Counted from the first letter of the stretch, positions 34,813 through 45,049 are shown. The stretch is DNA of 54,767 bases from Actinomycetales bacterium (GCA_038319305.1 JBBQDC010000001.1:1-54767), one strand, 5' to 3'. A program made the numbers and translations. The notes: a model not told the origin generated them from the sequence alone.

Positions 34813-36154
34813 GGGTGTCCTCCCCGAATGCGGCGATCTCGTCGGCGGGCCGCAGCGCGCCATCCAGCACGGTGGCGTAGCCCCGGTGGAACGTGGCGAG
34901 CACCTGGCCCGGCAGGGTCATCGCCAGGTAGGGCGAGTTGGCGCTCTTGCCGAACAGGCTCCCCCGCCCGAAGACACGACTCGCGGCCGGGTCGTACAGC
35001 GTGAGTTCGGCCGGTGCCCCGACAAGGAGACCCTGACCCTGGCTGCCCAGGCGGCCGATCCGGGCGGGCTCCTGGGAGAGCACACGGGCAATATCCGTCC
35101 AGTCGAGCAGGCCGGTGTCAACGACGGCCGCGTGCACCACGGACAGGGCGGACTCGAGCCCGACCATGCCATTCGCCGCGGCATCCCACTCGCAGTCCTT
35201 CGCCTCGACCGGGTGCGGGGCGTGGTCGGTGGCCACGATGTCGATGGTGCCGTCGGCAAGTCCGGCGCGCAGGGCCTCGACGTCTTCCCGGCGGCGCAGC
35301 GGCGGGTTGACTTTGAACCGGGCGTCGTAGCCGACGACCAGGTCTTCGGTCAACAGCAGGTGGTGCGGGGTGGCCTCGGCGGTCACGCTGATGCCGCGGG
35401 CCTTGGCCCAGCGGATGACGTCGACCGAGCCGGCCGTCGACACGTGGCACACGTGCAGGCGGGACCCGACGTGCTCGGCCAGCAGAACGTCGCGGGCGAT
35501 GATCGATTCCTCGGCGACCGCCGGCCAGCCGATCATGCCCAGCTCGCTGGAGAGTGCGCCCTCGTTCATCTGGGCTTTCTCGGTCAGGCGCGGTTCCTGG
35601 GAGTGTTGGGCGACGACCCCGTCGAAGGCCTTGACGTATTCGAGGGCCCGGCGCATCAGCAGCGGGTCGGAGACGCAGAAGCCATCGTCGGAGAAGACCC
35701 GCACCCGGGCGCGGCTCGTGGCCATGGCGCCCAACTCGGCCAGGCGCTCCCCTGCGAGCCCGACGGTGACGGCGCCGATCGGCTGCACGGTGACGTAGCC
35801 GGCGCGCTCCCCCAGGGCGAGGACCTGGTCGACGACCCCGGCGGTGTCCTGCACGGGCGAGGTGTTGGCCATGGCGAAGACGCTGGTGAAACCACCGATG
35901 GCCGCGGCCTGGCTACCGGTCAAGATGGTCTCGTTCTGTTCTCCGCCCGGTTCCCGCAGGTGCGTGTGCAGGTCGACCAGGCCGGGCAGGGCGATCAGGC
36001 CGGCCGCGTCGACAACGGTCGCGCCCGCGCGGGAGAGGCCGGAGCCGATTTCCGCGATGCGACCGCCCGCGAGCACGAGGTCGGTGCGGGTGCCGTCCGG
36101 GAGTGTCGCACCCCGGATCAGGTACTGCGTGCTGGCAGCGCTATCGCTGGACAT
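34805..36154 (-). CDS. pyrC: Dihydroorotase
   Basis: PGLVDLHTHLREPG, KVNPPLR, ATDHAPH. Confidence 0.96.
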   Translation of the reverse strand: MSSDSAASTQYLIRGATLPDGTRTDLVLAGGRIAEIGSGLSRAGATVVDAAGLIALPGLVDLHTHLREPGGEQNETILTGSQAAAIGGFTSVFAMANTSPVQDTAGVVDQVLALGERAGYVTVQPIGAVTVGLAGERLAELGAMATSRARVRVFSDDGFCVSDPLLMRRALEYVKAFDGVVAQHSQEPRLTEKAQMNEGALSSELGMIGWPAVAEESIIARDVLLAEHVGSRLHVCHVSTAGSVDVIRWAKARGISVTAEATPHHLLLTEDLVVGYDARFKVNPPLRRREDVEALRAGLADGTIDIVATDHAPHPVEAKDCEWDAAANGMVGLESALSVVHAAVVDTGLLDWTDIARVLSQEPARIGRLGSQGQGLLVGAPAELTLYDPAASRVFGRGSLFGKSANSPYLAMTLPGQVLATFHRGYATVLDGALRPADEIAAFGEDTHG

Positions 36155-37105
36155 CTATGAATCCTCCCGATCGCCGGACAACAGCAGATACAGTGCCGCC
36201 ATCCGCACTGAAACTCCGTTTGCAACCTGTTCACGCACGGTTGAGCCGGCCGAATCGGCCGCAGCTGAAGATATCTCCAGGCCGCGATTCATGGGGCCGG
36301 GGTGCATCACAATGGTAGTCGGAGCAAGGCGGCCGAAGCGCTCATCGTCCAGCCCCCAGCGGCGCGAGTACTCGCGGCTGTTCGGGAAGAAGGCGGCGTT
36401 CATGCGTTCCTGCTGGATGCGCAGCATCATCACCACGTCGGGCCCGGCGTCGATGGCCCGGTCCAGGTCGAAGCCCGTCTGGGCCGGCCAGCCGCTCATA
36501 TTCATCGGCAGCAGTGTGGGCGGTGCGATCAGCGTCACCTGCGCGCCGAGCGTGGTGAGCAGCCACAGGTTCGAGCGGGCCACCCGGGAGTGCAGAACGT
36601 CGCCGACGATGGTGACCGTGACCCCGTCCAGGCCCTTGCCGCGGGCGGCACCCTGGTGCAACCGGCGACGAATGGTGAACGCGTCCAGCAGCGCCTGGGT
36701 TGGATGCTCGTGGGTGCCGTCACCGGCGTTGATGATGCCCGCATCGATCCAGCCGCTCTCGGCGAGCACATGGGGGGCCCCGGAAGCCGGGTGGCGAATG
36801 ACGACCCCGTCGGCGCCCATCGCGGCGAGGGTCTGGGCGGTGTCCTTGAGGCTTTCGCCCTTCGACACGCTCGATCCCTTGGCGCTGAAGTTGATCACGT
36901 CGGCGCTGAGCCGCTTCGCGGCAGCCTCGAAGGAGATGCGGGTGCGGGTGGAGTCCTCGAAGAAGAGGTTGACGACGGTCTTGCCGCGCAGGGTGGGGAG
37001 CTTCTTCACCTCGCGGTTGGCGACATCCGCCATATCCTCGGCGATGTCGAGCAGCAGGATCGCCTCATCGCGGCTCATGCCCTTGGTCGACAGGAGGTGC
37101 CTCAT
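36155..37105 (-). CDS. pyrB: Aspartate carbamoyltransferase catalytic subunit
   Basis: [26 protein letters not shown]. Confidence 0.97.
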   Translation of the reverse strand: MRHLLSTKGMSRDEAILLLDIAEDMADVANREVKKLPTLRGKTVVNLFFEDSTRTRISFEAAAKRLSADVINFSAKGSSVSKGESLKDTAQTLAAMGADGVVIRHPASGAPHVLAESGWIDAGIINAGDGTHEHPTQALLDAFTIRRRLHQGAARGKGLDGVTVTIVGDVLHSRVARSNLWLLTTLGAQVTLIAPPTLLPMNMSGWPAQTGFDLDRAIDAGPDVVMMLRIQQERMNAAFFPNSREYSRRWGLDDERFGRLAPTTIVMHPGPMNRGLEISSAAADSAGSTVREQVANGVSVRMAALYLLLSGDREDS

Positions 37106-37683
37106 GACGCGTCCTCCACGTCTGCGCCGTCAAGGGATCCACCGTCCAGGGATCCGCCGTCGATGCTGACGAACTCGTCGCCGTCGACCTCAAGCAGGTG
37201 CAGGTTGATGCGTTCCGCGGTCGAGCTGGGCAGGTTCTTGCCTACGAAGTCCGCCCGGATCGGCAGGTCGCGGTGGCCGCGGTCCACGAGAACGGCCAAC
37301 CGCACGATGGTGGGGCGCCCGTGGTCACCAAGGGCGTCGAGGGCGGCACGGATGGTGCGGCCCGAGTAGAGCACATCGTCGACGAGCACAACCGTGACGC
37401 CGTCGATGCTGCCCGGCACCAGGGTGCGGGTCGGCGTTCGGGTGCGGGTGTGGCCCAGGTCGTCGCGGTACATGGTGACGTCGAGGGAGCCGACCCGGAC
37501 ATCCGTCGCTGTGGGCTCGATCCGCCGGATGGACTCGGCGATGCGCCGAGCCAGAACGACTCCGCGGGTGGGGATGCCCAGAATCACCAGATTCTCAGCG
37601 CCTCGATTGGACTCCAGGATCTCATGGGAGATGCGAGTCAACGCTCGAGCGATATCAGCCTGGTTCAACACGGTGCGTGCCAT
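37102..37683 (-). CDS. pyrR: Pyrimidine operon regulator / UPRTase
   Basis: [47 protein letters not shown]. Confidence 0.97.
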   Translation of the reverse strand: MARTVLNQADIARALTRISHEILESNRGAENLVILGIPTRGVVLARRIAESIRRIEPTATDVRVGSLDVTMYRDDLGHTRTRTPTRTLVPGSIDGVTVVLVDDVLYSGRTIRAALDALGDHGRPTIVRLAVLVDRGHRDLPIRADFVGKNLPSSTAERINLHLLEVDGDEFVSIDGGSLDGGSLDGADVEDAS

Positions 37684-37691
37684 CAACCCGA

Positions 37692-37727
37692 CCTCCTTCC
37701 CCGCCTCACCGGACGGCTGTTAAAGGA
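37692..37727 (-). promoter_or_regulatory. PyrR-binding RNA element overlapping the pyrR Shine-Dalgarno
   Basis: Minus strand TCCTTTAA-CAGCCGTCCGGTGAGGCGG-GGAAGGAGG matches the PyrR-box pattern; candidate -10 TAGAGT at 37748-37743. Confidence 0.8.
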
Positions 37728-37882
37728 TGTCTTAACGAGTTCACTCTAGCAGCTGCGCCAGCGGTGACACTGGACACCGCGATCGTGCCCGATGGTCGTG
37801 CCTGACCAGACCTGCCTTCACCCGGGCCAGGTCCCGTTCGCCGGGGTCAGCTACCTCGGGATTACCCTCCGTGTCCCTGCGC

Positions 37883-37907
37883 TGAACCGAAAGACCGCCT
37901 ACGTCGT
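37883..37907 (+). promoter_or_regulatory. Putative ECF sigma promoter (TGAACC-N16-CGT)
   Basis: TGAACC 37883-37888, 16-nt spacer, CGT 37905-37907, ~60 nt upstream of a secreted protein gene. Confidence 0.45.
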
Positions 37908-37968
37908 GGTTATCAGTATCGGGTTCCGCAATCGGTCCCGCCCAGTGCAAGCGATAAAGGAGACGATC

Positions 37969-38499
37969 GTGCACCTCACTCGAACAGGCCGGGTACTCAC
38001 CACGGCCACCGCAATCGCCATGGTTTTCACTGGATTATCCATCGCGCCGGCCTTCGCCCACAGCGGCGACGACTCCCGCGGCGGCCATTCCGTCGTGCGT
38101 GTCCACCTCATGGGAAGCCAGCCGGCTCCGGCGAGCCCGGTCATCGCTGGTATCAACCCCGGGGGTGCTCCCTGGGTGAATGGCCGCAGCACGGTACGCG
38201 TGCGTGAGGACGGCCGCATCAAGGTGAAGATTCGCGGCCTCGTGATTCCACCGCCGATCGGCACCGGGGTGAACCCGGTCGCATCCGTCGTCGCCACCCT
38301 CGTCTGCAACGACACGGTCGGTGAATCCACCGATCCCTTTTCTCTCAGCCCGTCCGGTGACGGACGAACCCGCGACACCATCGCTGTGCCGGAGGATTGC
38401 GCAGACCCGACCGTGCTCATCCAACCGGCAGCGAACCGAACGTTGTACATCGCGTCCGGGACGACCAGGCGGGACAACGAGAAGCGCGACGACAAATAG
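37969..38499 (+). CDS. Hypothetical secreted protein
   Basis: AAGGAG RBS before GTG 37969; Sec-type signal ending APAFA-H; beta-rich body with two Cys. Confidence 0.75.
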   Translation: MHLTRTGRVLTTATAIAMVFTGLSIAPAFAHSGDDSRGGHSVVRVHLMGSQPAPASPVIAGINPGGAPWVNGRSTVRVREDGRIKVKIRGLVIPPPIGTGVNPVASVVATLVCNDTVGESTDPFSLSPSGDGRTRDTIAVPEDCADPTVLIQPAANRTLYIASGTTRRDNEKRDDK

Positions 38500-38617
38500 T
38501 CAGCTCCGCGCACTCGAATGCTCCGAGAACGGTGCCGATCACCTCACAGCCGAGGGATCGCCCAAATCGCGCCGCCGGCTCGTTTGGGTTGATGGTGATT
38601 GTTGACCTCTGGGCGCG

Positions 38618-39037
38618 CTATGCGGATGGTGCGGTTTGGGCGATGCGGCCGAGCAACCCATTCACGAACCCGGCCGAGTCGTCCGTCGACAGGATCTTGG
38701 CGGCCTCGACCGCTTCGTCGATGGCGACGGCGTGAGGGACGGCATCGTTGAAGAGAATCTCCCAGATTCCGATCCGCAGGATCGCGCGGTCGACAACGGG
38801 CATGCGGTTGAGGGTCCAGCCCTGCGAGTACGTCTCGATCAGTTCGTCGATCTCCTCGCGGTGATCGACGACGCCGTCAACGATGTCCCGGGCGTAAAGC
38901 CAGGACGCCATCCGAGCCGGCTCGCTCGCGGCGCGCTGCGCCTCGAGGGCGAGCGACTCCGGGATGGTGCTCTGGCGCACATCCGCGGCGTACAGGATGT
39001 CGATCGCGCGCTTGCGCGCCTTGGTCCGAGCACTCAC
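38618..39037 (-). CDS. nusB: Transcription antitermination factor NusB
   Basis: SARTKARKRA, RMPVVDRAILR, AIDEAVE, FVNGLLG; GTG start overlaps the efp stop. Confidence 0.96.
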   Translation of the reverse strand: MSARTKARKRAIDILYAADVRQSTIPESLALEAQRAASEPARMASWLYARDIVDGVVDHREEIDELIETYSQGWTLNRMPVVDRAILRIGIWEILFNDAVPHAVAIDEAVEAAKILSTDDSAGFVNGLLGRIAQTAPSA

Positions 39038-39597
39038 TAGTTGACGCGGCCCAAGTAGTCCCCGGTGCGGGTGTCGACCTTGACGCGGGTGCCCTGCTCG
39101 AGGAACAGCGGAACCTGAATCTGGAAGCCCGTTTCGACGGTGGCCGGCTTGGTGCCGCCGGTCGAGCGGTCGCCCTGAAGGCCCGGCTCGGTGTACGTGA
39201 TTTCGAGCACGACGGATGCCGGCAGCTCGACGTACAGCGGGTTTCCGTTGTGCAGGGCGATCGTCACGTTCTGGTTCTCGAGCATGAAATTGACGGCGTC
39301 GCCCACGACGACGGCCGGCACATGCAGCTGATCGAAATCGGACACGTCCATGAAGACGTAGGAGTCGCCGTCCGCGTACAGGTACTGGAAGTCCTGACGG
39401 TCGACGTTCTCGGTCTCGATCTTCGCACCGGCGTTGAAGGTGCGGTCGACGGTCTTGCCCGTCACGACGTTCTTCAGCTTGGTACGGACGAACGCGCCGC
39501 CCTTGCCTGGCTTGACGTGCTGGAAATCGGTGACTGCCCACAGCTGGCCATCGATGTTGAGTACGACGCCATTTCGGATATCGGCGGTTGATGCCAT
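39037..39597 (-). CDS. efp: Elongation factor P
   Basis: [32 protein letters not shown]. Confidence 0.98.
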   Translation of the reverse strand: MASTADIRNGVVLNIDGQLWAVTDFQHVKPGKGGAFVRTKLKNVVTGKTVDRTFNAGAKIETENVDRQDFQYLYADGDSYVFMDVSDFDQLHVPAVVVGDAVNFMLENQNVTIALHNGNPLYVELPASVVLEITYTEPGLQGDRSTGGTKPATVETGFQIQVPLFLEQGTRVKVDTRTGDYLGRVN

Positions 39598-39709
39598 GAA
39601 AAGGTGTTCCGTTCACTTGGTTCAATTAGGAAGGTGCGCGGCCGAATCGGCCTCAAGTGAGTGTAGTTGCCCCGCACCCCGAGCACCAAAGGCGGGAGAC
39701 CGGACCGCG

Positions 39710-40159
39710 CTACGCGGTGCGCGGCACCGACCGGGCAATGAAGTCCAGGGCCAGAAGGTAGGAATCGAAGCCGAAGCCGGCGATCACACCGGTGGCGACG
39801 GCGCTGACGACGCTCGTGTGGCGGAACGTTTCCCGGGCGTGCGGGTTGGACAGGTGCACCTCGACCAGGGTCACGCCGGCCTTGGTCACGAGAGCGGCGG
39901 CATCCCGCAACGCGTAGCTGTAGTGCGTGAACGCCGCCGGGTTCAGGATGACGGGGATGCACCCATCGACGGCCTCGTACAGCCAGTGGATGAGCTCGGC
40001 CTCGTCATCCGTCTGGCGCACGTCGACCGTCAACCCTTCAGGGGCGGCCTGCGTCAAGGTGGACCGGAGCTGGTCGAGGTCGGCCGAGCCGTAGACGTCG
40101 GGTTCGCGGCTGCCAAGCCGTCCCAGGTTCGGGCCGTTCAGAACGAGGATTGTACTCAT
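39710..40159 (-). CDS. aroQ: Type II 3-dehydroquinate dehydratase
   Basis: LNGPNL..LGSREPDVYG, NPAAFTHYS, EVHLSNPHARE. Confidence 0.96.
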   Translation of the reverse strand: MSTILVLNGPNLGRLGSREPDVYGSADLDQLRSTLTQAAPEGLTVDVRQTDDEAELIHWLYEAVDGCIPVILNPAAFTHYSYALRDAAALVTKAGVTLVEVHLSNPHARETFRHTSVVSAVATGVIAGFGFDSYLLALDFIARSVPRTA

Positions 40160-40191
40160 GCCCTCAGCCTAAGGGAGTGCGCGGCGACCGC

Positions 40192-40235
40192 GTCAGCAGC
40201 GTGGGTCAGCACCGTGGGACAGCACCGTGGGTCAG
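40192..40235. repeat. 13-bp tandem repeat, ~3.4 copies
   Basis: GTCAGCAGCGTGG / GTCAGCACCGTGG / GACAGCACCGTGG / GTCAG. Confidence 0.8.
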
Positions 40236-41182
40236 GGGAGGACCGGTCCCACCGACACCATGACGCAGTAGACCAGGATCATCACCAGCGAGTAGCGGAA
40301 CATCCGCCGGGACCAGGCGGCGGGATCGGTGGCCTGCAGTCCGACGACGCCGAGCCAGATCCAGTAGGCGCCGAGAACGCCCATAACCGCCGTGTAGGCG
40401 TAGCCAACGTAACCGAACACCGGCAGGAGCAGGGTCGAGACGACGAATCCGACCGTATACACGAGGATCTGCACCGTGGTGTTCGGGATGCCCCGCACGA
40501 CGGAGATGACGGGCACGCCGGCGCGGGCGTATTCGTCGTGGCGGTAGATGGCGATGGAATAGAACTCGGGCATCTGCCAGAGGAACACGGCCAGGAAGGC
40601 GAGCACGGCCCCGACGTCGATGGCGCCGGTGACGGCGACGTAGCCTGCCAGGATGGGCGCGGCGCCTGAGACGCTGCCGACTAGGGTGCCGTGGATCGAC
40701 AGGCGCTTGGACAGCATCCCGTAGAGCACGACGTAGACGAGGAAGCCGCCGAGGCCGACGACGACCACGAGCCAGTTCGTCCAGGCGATGAGCATCGCCA
40801 TGCCGAGGACGAACAGCAGGCTGGAGAAGATCACCGCGTTCCGAACACCGATGCGGCCGGTGACCGTGGCCCGCTTCTTGGTGCGTTCCATCACCGTGTC
40901 GATGTCGCGGTCGAGCACATTGTTGAGCACGGTGGCCGAGGCGATCACGAGGGTGGTCCCCACGCAGAGCGCGGCAAACAAAAAGAGATCCACCTGGCCT
41001 CGGGCCGCCAGCATGAAGCCGGCCGCGGCCGTGAGCGCGTTGCCGTACAGCACACCGGGCTTGGTCAGTGAATAGTAGCGCGTGATCGTGTCACGGATGC
41101 CGGTGCCGGCCGCGCGCTCGGCCAGCGCCCCGTCGGTGCCGTCCACCCGATTGCGAACGAAGAATGGTGCGCGCGCAGTCAT
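40232..41182 (-). CDS. cyoE: Heme O synthase (protoheme IX farnesyltransferase, UbiA family)
   Basis: LTKPG, NNVLDRDIDTVMERTKKR, VGSVSGAAP, WQMP; start uncertain. Confidence 0.88.
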   Translation of the reverse strand: MTARAPFFVRNRVDGTDGALAERAAGTGIRDTITRYYSLTKPGVLYGNALTAAAGFMLAARGQVDLFLFAALCVGTTLVIASATVLNNVLDRDIDTVMERTKKRATVTGRIGVRNAVIFSSLLFVLGMAMLIAWTNWLVVVVGLGGFLVYVVLYGMLSKRLSIHGTLVGSVSGAAPILAGYVAVTGAIDVGAVLAFLAVFLWQMPEFYSIAIYRHDEYARAGVPVISVVRGIPNTTVQILVYTVGFVVSTLLLPVFGYVGYAYTAVMGVLGAYWIWLGVVGLQATDPAAWSRRMFRYSLVMILVYCVMVSVGPVLP

Positions 41183-41376
41183 GCGGAAAGGGTTCCCATC
41201 GGGTCGTCGGTCTTGATCAATCATAAGCCGCGAATTCTGTGCGCCAACCGTGCCCGCCGACATCGCATCTTCCGCGCGCCGCGGCCGTTCTCTGGCTCTA
41301 TCCGGCCTTGATCCGCGGCGGTATGGTGACCCAACCGGTCGTTTGGCCGGTAGCAGGCCAAGGACAAGGGTGTGGC

Positions 41377-41553
41377 ATGGCCGGAAGATTCGAAATCTAT
41401 CAAGACCCGTCGGGCGGCTACCGGATCTGTTTCTCAGCGGACAACGGTCCAAGCATCCCATCGCCGGAAACCTATCGCACTGAGGACGAGGCCAGGGAGA
41501 GGATTGAATCCCTCCGCACCAACGTCAGCCCGCGCAGCCGCCGTCCAGTCTGA
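41377..41553 (+). CDS. Single-domain YegP/DUF1508-like small protein
   Basis: MAGRFEIYQDPSGGYR..ADNG..SPETY..A..IESLRTN matches the DUF1508 pattern. Confidence 0.65.
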   Translation: MAGRFEIYQDPSGGYRICFSADNGPSIPSPETYRTEDEARERIESLRTNVSPRSRRPV

Positions 41554-41609
41554 GGCGCGCGCCTCCGTGTAATGGTCTGAACCATCACGCGTCACGTCAG
41601 AGGAAAAAA

Positions 41610-42344
41610 TTGACCGATCACGAGAGTGAGGAACGCCGGTCTCAAGACGACCGGCGCGGCACCGTGCCGGGCAGCGTCAACGCCCGCAAACGCCGGCGGG
41701 GTCGCATCCTCCGAGACGTGTTCGTCATCTTCGCCATCGCCCTGGTCATCTCGGTCCTGACCGAGGCCTTCCTGATCCGTTCGTTCTACATTCCGACGGG
41801 ATCGATGCAGGACACCCTGCAAATCAACGACCGCATCATCGTGAACGAGCTTGTCCCCGACGTCGTCGCTATCGATCGCGGCGACATCGTGGTGTTCACC
41901 GACCCCGGCGGATGGCTGGGCCCGGTCGCGCCGGCCCCGCGCGCGGCAGGGCACCGCATCGTCGACGGCATTCGCCGGCTCGCCGCGGGGGCCGGGGTGG
42001 AGGCTCAGGACGCCCATGGCCATCTCGTCAAACGCGTCATCGGTCTCCCCGGAGACGACGTGGCCTGTTGCGACGCCTTGGGTCGCACCACCGTCAACGG
42101 CAAACCGATCAACGAGCCCTACCTCAAACTGCCGCCCGAGGTCACCCGAACGTCGGAACTTGATTTTTTCGTGACCGTGCCGGCCGGATCTCTCTGGGTC
42201 GAAGGCGACAACCGCTACAACTCTGCGGACAGCCGGCTGCACACAGCCACGCCCGGAAACGGATTCGTGCCCGTTGCCAATGTGGTCGGCCGGGCGTTCG
42301 TGATCAACTGGCCGCTCAAACACTGGTCCTGGCTCGAGAACTAG
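41610..42344 (+). CDS. lepB: Signal peptidase I (S26), probably an additional paralog
   Basis: TM, IPTGSM (Ser), RGDIVVF, VKRVIGLPGD (Lys), GDNRYNSADSR. Confidence 0.92.
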   Translation: MTDHESEERRSQDDRRGTVPGSVNARKRRRGRILRDVFVIFAIALVISVLTEAFLIRSFYIPTGSMQDTLQINDRIIVNELVPDVVAIDRGDIVVFTDPGGWLGPVAPAPRAAGHRIVDGIRRLAAGAGVEAQDAHGHLVKRVIGLPGDDVACCDALGRTTVNGKPINEPYLKLPPEVTRTSELDFFVTVPAGSLWVEGDNRYNSADSRLHTATPGNGFVPVANVVGRAFVINWPLKHWSWLEN

Positions 42345-42361
42345 GCCGACGCCCGAAAGGG

Positions 42362-42859
42362 CTAGCGGGACTCCTGACCCTGGCTGCCTCGACCTGAGGC
42401 CAGAAGTGTGGCCGCGGACTGACCCGCAGAGGACCAGGGCCCAGTCCAGCCGATCACTGCGTGGGCCGCGGTCGGCATCGAGACCAACCTGCGCGTGAGA
42501 AGGGAGGCCAGCTCCTCCATCCCGGGGTTGTGGCCGACGAGAACGACCGTGTGCGCCTCGTCGGGCAGGGCCTGCACGACCTTGAGCAGTTCGCCGGCCG
42601 ACGCCGCGTACACGCGCGTGTCGATGGTGGTCGGCGGGGGCCCCTCGAGCTCACCCGCCGCGAGTTCCCAGGTGGCGCGCGCCCGTTCCGCCGGCGATAC
42701 GACCGCGAGATCGATGTGATAGCTGCTGTGGGCCAGCCATGCCCCGGCGCGCGGCGCCTGCCCCAAACCGCGCTTGGCCAGCGTACGGTTGATGTCTGCC
42801 TGCCCACCCGACCAGTCCGACTTCGCGTGACGCAACAGAATCAGGGTGCGCTCAGGCAT
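42362..42859 (-). CDS. SixA-like histidine phosphatase family protein
   Basis: LILLRHAKS, SPAERA, LVGHNPG. Confidence 0.88.
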   Translation of the reverse strand: MPERTLILLRHAKSDWSGGQADINRTLAKRGLGQAPRAGAWLAHSSYHIDLAVVSPAERARATWELAAGELEGPPPTTIDTRVYAASAGELLKVVQALPDEAHTVVLVGHNPGMEELASLLTRRLVSMPTAAHAVIGWTGPWSSAGQSAATLLASGRGSQGQESR

Positions 42860-42973
42860 CCGCCGGCCTCGTTTTCACCCAGACCAACCGCTCTTCGATG
42901 ACCATCATTGTCCCAGTCTGCCACCGCTCCCGGGCCCAAGACCCTGCTGGTGAGAGCCCGGCAGAGGAGAGCA

Positions 42974-43390
42974 CTACGCGAACGAGTCCATCAGCCGGGA
43001 ACGCAGCAGGAATCGCACGCCTCGCGGCGCTTCGACGGAGAAGCCGCCGCCACGGCCGGGAACGACGTCGACCGCGAGGAAGGTGTGGTTCCAGTATTCG
43101 AACTGCTCGGCCGCCATCCAGAAGTCAATCGGCTGCGCAGCCTCTCCGGCTGGGGCGATGTCGAGCCGGCCGAGGAGCACGTCTCGATCCGAGGTGATGA
43201 ATTCTCCGTCCGGATAACACATGGGCGAAGAGCCGTCGCAGCAGCCCCCGGACTGGTGGAACATCAGCGGGCCGTGCTCGTCCCAGAGGGTGCGGAGCAG
43301 TTCAACCGCGACGGCGGTGAGCTCCACCCGCGGAATCGTTTCGCCCGGGATGGTGATCGTTGCGGTGACGCCTGAATCCGGCATGGCCAT
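42974..43390 (-). CDS. DUF779 family protein
   Basis: HGPLMFHQSGGCCDGSSPMCY, GRGGGFSVEAP.GVRFL. Confidence 0.9.
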   Translation of the reverse strand: MAMPDSGVTATITIPGETIPRVELTAVAVELLRTLWDEHGPLMFHQSGGCCDGSSPMCYPDGEFITSDRDVLLGRLDIAPAGEAAQPIDFWMAAEQFEYWNHTFLAVDVVPGRGGGFSVEAPRGVRFLLRSRLMDSFA

Positions 43391-43525
43391 TCCCTTCTCG
43401 CGGGCCGGAGCCCAGGGGCCGTCGGGGATGCTCTCCTCGCCGACCCCTGGGCTGTCCAGCCCGGCTGGGTGCTGCGTGTGATCCGGCTGTCGGGCCAGCT
43501 GTTGGCCGAACCGGTTGTTCGAGGC

Positions 43526-45049
43526 TTAGAAGAAGCCCAACGCGTTCTCGGAGTACGACACCAGCAGGTTCTTCGTCTGCTGGTAGGCGCTCAGTGCGAG
43601 CTTGTTGTTCTCCCTACCGATCCCTGAGCTCTTGTAGCCTCCGAACGATGCTCCCGCGGGGTAGGCGTGGTAGTTGTTCACCCAGACCCGGCCAGCCTGG
43701 ATGTCCCGCCCGGCCTTGTAGGCAATGTTGCCGTTGCGCGACCAAACGCCGGCGCCGAGCCCGTACAGGGTGTCGTTGGCGATCGAGATGGCGTCGTCGT
43801 AGTCGATGAAGCTCGTGACCGCGAGCACCGGTCCGAAGATCTCCTCCTGGAACAGACGCATCTTGTTGTGCCCCTCGAAGATGGTCGGTTCCACATAGTA
43901 TCCGCCGCTCAGATCACCACCCAGGTCAACCCGCTCACCACCGAGTGCCAGGCGGGCGCCCTCCTTCTTGCCGATGTCGATGTAGGACAGTATCTTCTCC
44001 AGTTGGTCGTTGCTCGACTGGGCACCGATCTGGGTGATGGTGTCGAGCGGGTTGCCCTGAATTGCCTTGCGGGTGCGCTCGACGGCGTCGCCCAGAAAAT
44101 CGTCGTAGATCGGCTTCTGCAACAGCGCCCGGCTGGGGGCCGTGCAGACCTCGCCCTGGTTGAACGCGAACAGCACGAACCCTTCCTGAGCCTTGTCGTA
44201 GAAGGCATCCTTCTCCTGGGAGACGTCACTGAAGAAGATGTTGGGACTCTTGCCGCCGAGTTCCATGGTGGACGGGATGATGTTGGCACTTGCGTACTGC
44301 ATGATCAAGCGGCCGGTCGAGGTCTCACCGGTGAAGGCGATCTTGCGGATCCGCGACGACGAGGCAAGCGGCTTGCCGGCCTCGATGCCGAACCCGTTCA
44401 CGACGTTGAGCACACCCGGAGGGAGAACATCGCCGATCAGTTCGACCAGCACCATGATCGACACCGGGGTCTGCTCGGCCGGCTTGAGCACGATTGCGTT
44501 GCCGGCGGCCAGGGCCGGGGCGAGCTTCCAGACCGCCATCAGGAGGGGAAAGTTCCACGGAATGATCTGCCCGACGACACCGAGCGGCTCGTGGAACTGG
44601 TACGACACCATGTCGCCATCCAGCTCGGCGTGGTCGCCATCCTGCGCCCGGATCGCCGAGGCGAAATATCGGAAGTGGTCAGAACAGAGCGGAATGTCCG
44701 CGTTCAGGGTCTCCCGGACCGGTTTGCCGTTCTCCCAGGTCTCGGCGACGGAAAGCAGGTCGAGATTTGCGTCGATGATGTCGGCGATCTTGTTGAGGAT
44801 GGCCGCGCGCTCGGTCCCGGAGGTCTTGCCCCACGCCGGTGCCGCCTTGTGGGCGGCATCCAGTGCCAGTTCGATGTCCTCCGCGGTGCCGCGTGCCACC
44901 TCGGCGAATGGCTTCCCGTTGACGGGCGAGATGTCTTCGAAGTACTGGCCCCTGACGGGCTTCACCCACTCGCCCCCGATCCAGTTCTCGTAGCGGGGCT
45001 TGAAGGTGACTAGGGCGCCCGGTGTTCCGGGGTTGGAATAGACGGTCAT
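43526..45049 (-). CDS. NAD-dependent aldehyde dehydrogenase (AldB/ExaC type)
   Basis: [49 protein letters not shown]; GAGGAG RBS. Confidence 0.95.
   Translation of the reverse strand: MTVYSNPGTPGALVTFKPRYENWIGGEWVKPVRGQYFEDISPVNGKPFAEVARGTAEDIELALDAAHKAAPAWGKTSGTERAAILNKIADIIDANLDLLSVAETWENGKPVRETLNADIPLCSDHFRYFASAIRAQDGDHAELDGDMVSYQFHEPLGVVGQIIPWNFPLLMAVWKLAPALAAGNAIVLKPAEQTPVSIMVLVELIGDVLPPGVLNVVNGFGIEAGKPLASSSRIRKIAFTGETSTGRLIMQYASANIIPSTMELGGKSPNIFFSDVSQEKDAFYDKAQEGFVLFAFNQGEVCTAPSRALLQKPIYDDFLGDAVERTRKAIQGNPLDTITQIGAQSSNDQLEKILSYIDIGKKEGARLALGGERVDLGGDLSGGYYVEPTIFEGHNKMRLFQEEIFGPVLAVTSFIDYDDAISIANDTLYGLGAGVWSRNGNIAYKAGRDIQAGRVWVNNYHAYPAGASFGGYKSSGIGRENNKLALSAYQQTKNLLVSYSENALGFF

Noticed and set aside
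37899-38513. 204-aa minus-strand ORF
   Set aside because: The plus-strand frame has an RBS and signal peptide, so this is its shadow
38618-39625. Apparent 335-aa extended or fused NusB
   Set aside because: The extension is an alternative frame over efp; NusB homology starts at 39037
40192-40235. CRISPR-like repeats
   Set aside because: Units are 13 bp, directly tandem, with no spacers and no cas genes
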